Shown here piece by piece: positions 1-7,323 of a stretch of 64,000 bases of DNA. This stretch comes from an uncultured Acidobacteriota bacterium (lineage in GTDB: Bacteria > Acidobacteriota > Vicinamibacteria > Vicinamibacterales > Fen-181). Location: assembly GCA_963727765.1 (NCBI GenBank), contig CAVSGZ010000010.1, positions 64,346-128,345 of the forward strand. Direction: 5' to 3'. The notes beneath the pieces are model-generated. The model did not search any database, was not told the origin of the DNA, and saw nothing but the letters and a program-made list of their open reading frames with translations. How positions within the stretch are numbered: position 1 is the stretch's first letter; every line of letters starts with the position of its first letter. A program made the translations under genes and the position numbers.

Positions 1-795
1 TGGGTGGCCGTGTCGGCGCTGACGGGCGAAGGCGTCGAGAGCGTGCGGGAGGAGTTGCTGGCGCTCGCGCCGGCCGACTTCTTCGACAGCCGGCGGCTTG
101 TCGCCGACCTCGTGCCGCCGGGCGAGGTGGCGGTGCTCGTCGTGCCGATCGACAAGGAAGCGCCCAAGGGGCGGCTCATCCTGCCGCAGGTGATGTCGAT
201 CCGCGACCTGCTGGACGGGGAATCGATGGCGATGGTGGTCCAGGAGCGCGAGCTGGGGCGCGCGCTGGCACGGCTGTTGAAGCCGCCCGCGCTCGTGGTC
301 ACCGACTCACAGGCGTTCTTGAAGGTGGCGGCAGACGTGCCGGAAGACGTGCCGATGACCTCGTTTTCGATCCTGATGGCCAGGTTCCAGGGCGACCTGA
401 CCGAGCAGGTGAAAGGCACGCTCGGCATCGAGCGGCTGCGCGGCGGCGACAGAGTGCTGGTGGCCGAGGCCTGCACGCACCATCCCATCGGCGAGGACAT
501 CGGCCGCGTGAAGATCCCGCGCTGGCTCACGCAGTACGTGGGCGCCAAACTCGACTTCACGCACGTGCAGGGGCGCGACTTCCCGGTCGACCTGTCGCCG
601 TTCGGGCTGGTCGTCCACTGCGGCAACTGTGTCGGGAATCGGCGGGAGATGATGTCGCGCATTCACCGGTGCCGGATGGCCGGGGTGCCGATCACCAACT
701 ACGGCCTGACCATCGCCTACTCGCTGGGGATCTTCGAGCGGGCGCTCCGGCCCTTCCCGTCGGCGCTGGAGGCGATCGATGCCGCGCGGGCTTGA
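1..795 (+). CDS. hydF: [FeFe]-hydrogenase maturation GTPase HydF, C-terminal part (5' end outside window)
   Basis: ORF 4..795 is open to the window edge. It shows a GTPase-domain tail followed by the HydF cluster motif EACTHHP...HCGNC (CxH...HCxxC). It overlaps the hydE start by 17 nt. Confidence 0.85.
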   Translation, partial: WVAVSALTGEGVESVREELLALAPADFFDSRRLVADLVPPGEVAVLVVPIDKEAPKGRLILPQVMSIRDLLDGESMAMVVQERELGRALARLLKPPALVVTDSQAFLKVAADVPEDVPMTSFSILMARFQGDLTEQVKGTLGIERLRGGDRVLVAEACTHHPIGEDIGRVKIPRWLTQYVGAKLDFTHVQGRDFPVDLSPFGLVVHCGNCVGNRREMMSRIHRCRMAGVPITNYGLTIAYSLGIFERALRPFPSALEAIDAARA

Positions 796-1868
796 CAGCC
801 TCGATCACGATACGGTCGTGGCCTGGCTGCGCGAGGCCGACCCGGCCGAGCTCGAGAGACTCTGGGCGCGGGCCGACTTGGTGCGCGCGGCGCACGTCGG
901 CGACGCGGTCCACCTTCGCGGCCTGATCGAGATCAGCAATCACTGCGTCCGCGACTGCCTCTACTGCGGCCTCCGCGCCCACTCGGACGGGATTGTCCGC
1001 TACCGGATGTCGGCCGAGGAGATCCTTGCGTGCGCGCAGCAGGCGAAGCGCCTCGGCTACGGCACCGTCGTCATGCAGTCGGGCGAAGACCCCGGCCTGA
1101 CGCGCGAGTTCATTTCCGGGGTCATCCGGGCGATCAAGTCGGAAACCGGCCTCGCCGTGACGCTAAGCCTCGGCGAGCGGAGCGACGAGGAGCTTGCGGC
1201 GTGGAAGGCCGCCGGCGCCGACCGCTACCTGCTGCGGTTCGAGACGTCGGACTCCGAGTTGTACCGCCGCATTCATCCGTCACTGCCGAGCAGGGCGTCG
1301 GACCGCATCGCGCAGCTGGTCCGGATGCGCGACATGGGCTACGAGACCGGCAGCGGCGTCATGGTGGGGATTCCCGGCCAGACGTGGGAGATCCTGGCGC
1401 GCGACGTCGAGACGTTGCGCGATCTGGACATCGACATGATCGGGATCGGGCCGTTTCTGCCGAGCCCGCGGACGCCGCTCGGCGGCGCGGGCGCGGCGAA
1501 GCTCCGGGCGCCAGCCTTCGAGCAGGTGCCGAACGACGAGCTGACGACGCTGAAGGTGGTGGCGCTGACGAGACTGGTGTGCCCGGAGGCGAACCTGCCG
1601 AGCACGACGGCGCTCTCCACGCTCGACCCGGCGACTGGCCGCGAGCTCGGCCTGACGCGCGGCGCGAACATCGTCATGCCCAACCTGACGCCGCCCGAGT
1701 ACCCGCGTGCTGTACGAGATCTATCCGGGCAAGGCCTGCCTGCACGAGACCGCGGAGGTGTGCCACGGGTGTCTGCGGGGGCGCATCGCGTCGATCGGCC
1801 GCCATGTGGGAACCGGGCCGGGGGGACGGGCGCGTGCCGCAGGCCGACGGCTGACGGCTGACGGCTGA
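779..1868 (+). pseudogene. hydE: [FeFe]-hydrogenase maturase HydE (radical SAM), reading frame broken by one extra base at 1702-1704
   Basis: Radical-SAM motif CVRDCLYCGLR and overall BioB/HydE-like sequence. After NLTPPEY the ORF-track frame turns Arg/Gly-rich. Skipping one C of GAGTACCCGC restores YRVLYEIYPGKACLHETAEVCHGC, the typical HydE C-terminus, ending at TGA 1866-1868. Confidence 0.85.
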
Positions 1869-1880
1869 TGGCTGACGGCC
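1846..1880. repeat. Tandem heptamer array, 5 x GA(C/T)GGC(T/C)
   Basis: Read directly: GACGGCT GACGGCT GACGGCT GATGGCT GACGGCC. It creates plus-strand TGAs at 1852, 1859, 1866 and 1873, spaced 7 nt apart. Confidence 0.9.
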
Positions 1881-1889
1881 ACTCCTGTG

Positions 1890-3065
1890 TCACGCCTGCG
1901 CGAGTGCAGCAGGCGCCCCATCGGCCATCGGCCTTCGGCCCTCAGCCCCCGTGTTGAGCGTCACGGTGAACCTGCTCCCCACGTTCGGCTCGCTCTGCAC
2001 GGTGACGTCCCCGCCGTAGAGCTGCGCCAGCTTCTTCACGATTGACAGGCCCAGGCCGGTGCCGGGGATCGTGCGCGTGCGGTCGTTCTTGATCCGCACG
2101 AATTCCTGGAAGAGGCGCGACGCTTCCTCAGCCGAGAGGCCGATGCCGGTGTCGGCGACCTCGAGGCGCACGCCCCCATCGGTCGGCTCGATCGTCACGT
2201 CCACCCGTCCGCGGTCGCGGTTGTATTTCACCGCGTTGCTGACGAGGTTGTTGAAGAGGATCTCCATCTCTCCGCGATCGGCCACCACCGACACGCTGCC
2301 GGGCGCGTGCAGGGCCAGCGCAATGCCCCGCTCGGCAGCCGACTGGGCGGCCGTGTCGAACGACGCCTGCGCCACCTCCCGCAGGTCCAGTTCGACCATG
2401 TCGCGGCGTTTTTGGCCCGACTCGATCCTCGTCAAGTCGAGCAGTTCGGCGATCAGGCGCCGCATGCCACCCGAGCGGGTCAGCGCCCGCTCGATCACCT
2501 GCTGCAGCACCGCGGGATCGGTGCCGGCCGACCCGTCCTTGAGGATCTGAAGATACCCCTCGATGGCGGCGAGCGGAGCCTTCAGCTCGTGGCCGAGCAC
2601 CGAGATGAACTGGAAGCGGACCTGACGCTTCTCCTCGGCCAGCCGGCGCGCCTGCCGCTGGACCAGCAGGTGCTTGACCGCGCGCCTGATCGTCACGCGC
2701 AGTTCGTCGGGCGTGAACGGCTTGGGCAGGAAGTCGTAGGCGCCCTGCTTGGTGGCGTCGATGGCGGTCTCGAGCGTGGCGTAGGCGGTGATCATCACCG
2801 TGAGCGTGTGGTGCCCGCGCTCGTTCATCTGCCTGAGGACGTCGAGCCCGGAGATGCCGGGGAGCTTGAGGTCGAGCAGCAGAATGTCGGGCACCGCCTC
2901 GGCGATCCGCCCAATCGCCTCTTCGCCTGATTCTGCCGTCTGCACCTCGAAGCCGACCGTCGCATCCTCGGGTTCGGTCGCCACGGTGAATGAGCCGAGC
3001 ACGCGCGCCATCGCCAGCCGCATCCCCGTCTCGTCGTCCACCACGAGCACGCGCATCGTTTCCAT
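1890..3065 (-). CDS. Hybrid response-regulator/histidine kinase (REC-HisKA-HATPase_c)
   Basis: N-terminal receiver (VLVVDDE...DILLLDLKLPG), H-box HELKAPLAAIEGY, and ATPase motifs DTGIGL and GTGLGLSIV. Confidence 0.85.
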   Translation of the reverse strand: METMRVLVVDDETGMRLAMARVLGSFTVATEPEDATVGFEVQTAESGEEAIGRIAEAVPDILLLDLKLPGISGLDVLRQMNERGHHTLTVMITAYATLETAIDATKQGAYDFLPKPFTPDELRVTIRRAVKHLLVQRQARRLAEEKRQVRFQFISVLGHELKAPLAAIEGYLQILKDGSAGTDPAVLQQVIERALTRSGGMRRLIAELLDLTRIESGQKRRDMVELDLREVAQASFDTAAQSAAERGIALALHAPGSVSVVADRGEMEILFNNLVSNAVKYNRDRGRVDVTIEPTDGGVRLEVADTGIGLSAEEASRLFQEFVRIKNDRTRTIPGTGLGLSIVKKLAQLYGGDVTVQSEPNVGSRFTVTLNTGAEGRRPMADGAPAALAQA

Positions 3066-3084
3066 CTGTACCTCTGCCGAGGAT

Positions 3085-3116
3085 CATCAGATAGCGCAGG
3101 GCTTCAGCCCTGCGCC
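3085..3116. repeat. REP-like palindromic element, 32-nt copy identical to 17304..17335
   Basis: CATCAGATAGCGCAGGGCTTCAGCCCTGCGCC contains a 9-bp stem GCGCAGGGC/GCCCTGCGC with a TTCA loop. It supplies the last four codons and the stop of the receiver gene 3104..3508. Confidence 0.85.
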
Positions 3117-3508
3117 TTAACCGCCAGCAGCCTCTCGATCTCCCTCTTCAGCTGCTCGAACCGGATCGGCTTGGCCAGCACCGCGTCGGCGCCGATCCAG
3201 GCCCGCTCGGCGGCGCTCGCCGGGTCGAACACGAGGCCTGTCTCGCTGGTCACCGCCGTGACGAGGATCACCGGCAGGGCTGGCCGCGTGCGCTTGAGGT
3301 GGTGCGAGAGGATGAACCCGTCGTCGTGCTGCTCCATCATGAGGTCGAGGATGGCCAGGTCCGGCGTGAACGTGGAGAGGGCCTCTTCGGCCGCCGCGCG
3401 CGTGGTCGCCGTCGCCACCTCGAAGCCGGCGTTCTCGAGCTGGATCCGGTGCTGGAACAGGAAGTCCTCGTCGTCGTCCACCAGGAGAATCTTGGTCTTC
3501 GCGTTCAT
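3104..3508 (-). CDS. Stand-alone response-regulator receiver protein (CheY-like, no output domain)
   Basis: 134 aa with receiver signatures: KILLVDDDEDF, DLAILDLMM, and a conserved T/K region. Confidence 0.85.
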   Translation of the reverse strand: MNAKTKILLVDDDEDFLFQHRIQLENAGFEVATATTRAAAEEALSTFTPDLAILDLMMEQHDDGFILSHHLKRTRPALPVILVTAVTSETGLVFDPASAAERAWIGADAVLAKPIRFEQLKREIERLLAVKAQG

Positions 3509-3567
3509 AGGTCCCTTGACTCTTCACCTACCGGGCCGTCACGGCTCGGCCAGGCTCCTCTCCGACT

Positions 3568-5589
3568 TCAGGCGGCCGTCAGGCCCGTCGCCATGGCTTC
3601 CTCCCGGTGGCGCGGCAGGACCACGGTGAACGTGGTGCCTGTCGGCCCCGTGGCCGGGTCGGCGTTCGACTGCACCTTGATGTCGCCGCGGTGCATTTTG
3701 ACGATGCCGTAACTGACGGCCAGGCCGAGGCCGGTGCCCTTGCCAACCCCCTTGGTCGTGAAGAACGGCTCGAACAGCTTCGAGAAGTGCTCGGGCGGAA
3801 TGCCGACGCCGGTGTCGCCGACGATGACGCGCACGCGATGCGGCTCGTCCTCGGTGCGGATGGTGAGCCGGCCGCCGTTCGGCATCGCGGCGAACGCGTT
3901 GCTGATCAGGTTCACCAGCACTTGCGTGATCTGATCTGGATCGACCTCAACGAGCGGGTCGTGCTCGGCATGCTCGACCTCGATCTCCACGCCGATCGGG
4001 TGCGCGACGCCGCGAAGGCCGCGCTGCACCAGGTCCTGGAGCGAGACGTTCTGGTGCTCCACCTTGTTCTGGCGGGCGAAGTCGAGCAGGCCGGCGACGA
4101 TCTTCTTGCAGCGGTCCGCCTGCTCGACGACCATCGACAGGTCGTCGCGGTACTCGGGCTTGTCGCCGAGCTGCTCCTGCAGGAAGTGCGAGTACATGAT
4201 GACGACGCCGAGCGGGTTGTTCACCTCGTGCGCGATGCCGGCGGCGAGCTGGCCCATGCTGGCCAGCTTCTCGGAGCGCACGAGGGCGACCTGGGCGTTG
4301 GCCAGTTCCTCGTTCGACCGCCCCAGCTCGTGCACCGTGTTCCGCAGGTGCTCGATGCTGTGCGGCAGGCACATCTCCGGTTCGGCAAGGCCGCGGTAGA
4401 TGGCGCTCGCCAGCTCACGGCAGCTCGAGTAGCCGCACGCCCCGCAGTTGAGTTCGTTGGTCGGATCGGGCTTGCCCAGGTCGGTGAGCAGCCGCTGGAG
4501 CTCCTGCGGCGAGGGCACCGGCAGGCGCATGTCCTTCGAGTTGTACCGCCGCGTGAGATCGACGTCGGCGAACGACGCGATCCGCCTCTCCCACGCCGCC
4601 TCGTCGCTGCCGGCGATGCGGTTGCGCACGAACTGGCTGACGCGGGCGCGCCGGCCGAAGTGGGGCAGGTCCGAACTCATGCCGGGGCCCATCGTGCAGC
4701 CCCTGCAGAAGAGCACCTCGAGCAGCCGCGTGTCCATGAGGCCGGACTCGGCCTCCTTGATGGCCTGCGCGAACTCGGCCGGCCCCTCGGCCACCATCAC
4801 GTGGCCGGTGACCAGGTCCTCCTGAATGCCGGCCACCTGCAGCATGCCGCCGCTGATTGGAAACAGCGCGCCGCCGCGGCTGTGCGGAGGGTCGAACTCG
4901 CTCGGTTCGACGGCCGTGGAATCGACGCCGTGGGCGGCGATCATCTGGCGCAGCTCGGCAAACGTCAGCGCCTCGTCCACCTCGCCGTCCATCTCTGCCG
5001 TCTCGCGTTTCTTGGCGATGCACGGGCCGACGAAGACGATCTTCAGGCTCCGGCCGTGGTCGCGCCTGAGGAGGCGCGCGGTGGCCACCATGGGGGACAC
5101 GATGGGCGCGAGCGCAGAGGTGAGGTCGGGGAAGTAGCGCTCGACGTAGCCCACCACCGACGGGCACGTCGTGGCCACCCACAGCCGCTCGGAGTCGCGC
5201 GAGGCGAGGCGGCGGTATTCGAGCGCGACCAGCTCGGCGCCGAACGCCACTTCGTGCACCGCGTCGAACCCGAGGGCGCGCAGCGTCCCGACCACCGACC
5301 GGTAGTCGAGGTCGATGAACTCGGCCGGGAAGCTCGGGGCGACAATCGCCACCACCCGGTCAGGACCGGCGAGCAGCGCCTCGACGTCCTCCACCGCCGA
5401 CACCACGCGCTTGGCCGACTGCGTGCACACCTTGACGCAGACGCCGCAGCCGATGCACCGCTCCGGGAGCACCTGCGCTCGGAGGTCGGCGATGCGGATC
5501 GCCTTGGCCGGGCATTCGCGGACGCACTGGTAGCAGACGCGGCAGCGTTCGCCGATGGTGGAGACGAGAGGCGTGAGTTCGCGGTTCAT
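3568..5589 (-). CDS. Sensory [FeFe]-hydrogenase-like protein fused to a histidine kinase (HydS-type H-domain + Fe-S motif + HisKA/HATPase_c)
   Basis: Two CxxCxxCxxxCP ferredoxin motifs. H-cluster motifs are [15 protein letters not shown] and [10 protein letters not shown]. These are followed by CGACGYSSC...C, the H-box AHEVNNPLG, and the ATPase motifs DTGVGI and GTGLGL. The ATG overlaps the hydA stop (ATGA at 5586-5589). Confidence 0.85.
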   Translation of the reverse strand: MNRELTPLVSTIGERCRVCYQCVRECPAKAIRIADLRAQVLPERCIGCGVCVKVCTQSAKRVVSAVEDVEALLAGPDRVVAIVAPSFPAEFIDLDYRSVVGTLRALGFDAVHEVAFGAELVALEYRRLASRDSERLWVATTCPSVVGYVERYFPDLTSALAPIVSPMVATARLLRRDHGRSLKIVFVGPCIAKKRETAEMDGEVDEALTFAELRQMIAAHGVDSTAVEPSEFDPPHSRGGALFPISGGMLQVAGIQEDLVTGHVMVAEGPAEFAQAIKEAESGLMDTRLLEVLFCRGCTMGPGMSSDLPHFGRRARVSQFVRNRIAGSDEAAWERRIASFADVDLTRRYNSKDMRLPVPSPQELQRLLTDLGKPDPTNELNCGACGYSSCRELASAIYRGLAEPEMCLPHSIEHLRNTVHELGRSNEELANAQVALVRSEKLASMGQLAAGIAHEVNNPLGVVIMYSHFLQEQLGDKPEYRDDLSMVVEQADRCKKIVAGLLDFARQNKVEHQNVSLQDLVQRGLRGVAHPIGVEIEVEHAEHDPLVEVDPDQITQVLVNLISNAFAAMPNGGRLTIRTEDEPHRVRVIVGDTGVGIPPEHFSKLFEPFFTTKGVGKGTGLGLAVSYGIVKMHRGDIKVQSNADPATGPTGTTFTVVLPRHREEAMATGLTAA

Positions 5590-7313
5590 ACGACGACATC
5601 CCGTGCTTCGTAGTGCGTGTGGAGCAGCTCATGGCTGACGCGCGACAGCGGCTTCCCGAGGAACTCGGCGTAGAGGCGGGCAATCGCAGGGTTCTGGTGC
5701 GACGATCGGAGCGCGGCGTCACGGTCGATCGCGTAGAGCGCCTGCATCCGCGCGCGGACGGCGTCCGGCGCCGCTCCCCGCGGCTGGCCGCCGCCGTTGA
5801 TGCAGCCGCCCGGGCAGGTCATCACTTCGATGAAGTGCAGGTCGCGTCGCCCGGCGCGCACCTGCTCGATGAGCGACCGGGCGTGGCCAAGGCTCGACAC
5901 GGCCGCCACGCCGACCTCCCGGCCCGCGATCGTGGCCCGGTGCTCTTTGATGCCCGTGAGGCCGCGCAGCGGCTGAAGCTTGAGCGAGGCCGGCGGCTCG
6001 CCCGTCAGCAGGAAGTGCGCCGTCCTGAGCGCCGCCTCGGCGACGCCGCCGCTCGCGCCAAAGATCTTGCCAGCCGAGGTGCGCTCGCCGAACGGCGTGT
6101 CCGGCGCCTCGGGCGCCAGGCTCGACAGGTCGAGACCGTGCATCCGAATCAGGCTCGCCAGCTCGCGCGTCGTCAGCACGGCGTCGATGTCGGGGCGGCC
6201 GTCACGTCCCATCTCCGGGCGGCCGGCTTCGAACTTCTTGGCCGTGCAGGGCATCACGGCCACGCTGAAGATGCGCCTCGGGTCGAGGTGCTCGCGCTCG
6301 GCGAAGAAGCTCTTGACGATGGCGCCGAGCATCTGCTGCGGGCTCTTGCAGGTTGAAAGATGGGGGATCATGTCCGGGTAGAACTGCTCGACGAACTTGA
6401 TCCAGCCCGGCGAGCAGCTGGTCATCATCGGCAGCGCGGCGCCGTCGCCCGCGGTGAGCCGCTGCACCAGCTCAGAGGCCTCCTCCATGACCGTGAGGTC
6501 GGCCGAGAACGACGTGTCGAAGACCCGCTTGAACCCCAGGCGGCGCAGCGCCGCGGTGAGCGCGCCATCAACGTCAGCGCCAGGCCTGGCGCCGAATTCC
6601 TCGGCGAGCGTCACCGAGACCGACGGCGCGTGCTGGACGACGACGAACGTCTCGGGGTCGGAGAGGGCGGCGCGGACCTCGTCGAGCGCGCTGTGCTCGG
6701 CCAGCGCGCCGGTGGGGCAGACGGCCACGCACTGGCCGCAGTTGACGCAGGAGCTGACGTTGAGCCCCTCGTCGAACGCCGGGCCCACGTGCGCGCGGCT
6801 GCCGCGGCCGATGAACTCGACGGCGCCGACCGACTGGATTTCCTCGCACACCCGGACGCACTTGCCGCAGAGGATGCACTTGGCCGGGTCGCGGACGATC
6901 GACGGGCTGGCCACGTCGAGCCGCGCCGTCGGGCGCCCGCCGAAGTACCGGCGCCTCCTGATGCCCAACTGCTGCGCCAGCGCCTGCAACTCGCAGTTGT
7001 TGTTGCGCGAGCAGTAGAGACAGTCGTCCGGGTGGTTGGCGAGCAGCAGCTCGACGAGCGTCCGCCGCGCGTCCACCGCCCGCGGCGAGTGCGTCTGCAC
7101 CTTCATGCCCGGCGCCACCGGGAATGCGCAACTCGGCACCAGGCCCCGCTGGCCCTCGACCTCCACCACGCACATCCGGCACGCGCCGCTCGGCGGCAGA
7201 CCGTCGTAGTGGCAGAGCGTCGGGACCGCGATCCCGGCGCGCCGCACCGCCTGCAGCAGCATCTCCCCGTCCTGCGCGTCCACGTTCAGGCCGTTGACCT
7301 CGATCTTGATCAC
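5586..7313 (-). CDS. hydA: [FeFe] hydrogenase catalytic subunit HydA (M3-type: 2Fe-2S, His-ligated 4Fe-4S, 2x4Fe-4S, H-domain)
   Basis: N-terminal NuoG-like 2Fe-2S fold (CHYDGLPPSGACRMC), HPDDCLYC..C, two CxxCxxCxxxCP motifs, and H-cluster motifs MMTSCSPGW, MPCTAKKFE and EVMTCPGGCINGGGQP. Confidence 0.9.
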   Translation of the reverse strand: MIKIEVNGLNVDAQDGEMLLQAVRRAGIAVPTLCHYDGLPPSGACRMCVVEVEGQRGLVPSCAFPVAPGMKVQTHSPRAVDARRTLVELLLANHPDDCLYCSRNNNCELQALAQQLGIRRRRYFGGRPTARLDVASPSIVRDPAKCILCGKCVRVCEEIQSVGAVEFIGRGSRAHVGPAFDEGLNVSSCVNCGQCVAVCPTGALAEHSALDEVRAALSDPETFVVVQHAPSVSVTLAEEFGARPGADVDGALTAALRRLGFKRVFDTSFSADLTVMEEASELVQRLTAGDGAALPMMTSCSPGWIKFVEQFYPDMIPHLSTCKSPQQMLGAIVKSFFAEREHLDPRRIFSVAVMPCTAKKFEAGRPEMGRDGRPDIDAVLTTRELASLIRMHGLDLSSLAPEAPDTPFGERTSAGKIFGASGGVAEAALRTAHFLLTGEPPASLKLQPLRGLTGIKEHRATIAGREVGVAAVSSLGHARSLIEQVRAGRRDLHFIEVMTCPGGCINGGGQPRGAAPDAVRARMQALYAIDRDAALRSSHQNPAIARLYAEFLGKPLSRVSHELLHTHYEARDVVV

Positions 7314-7323
7314 GATTGCCCCC

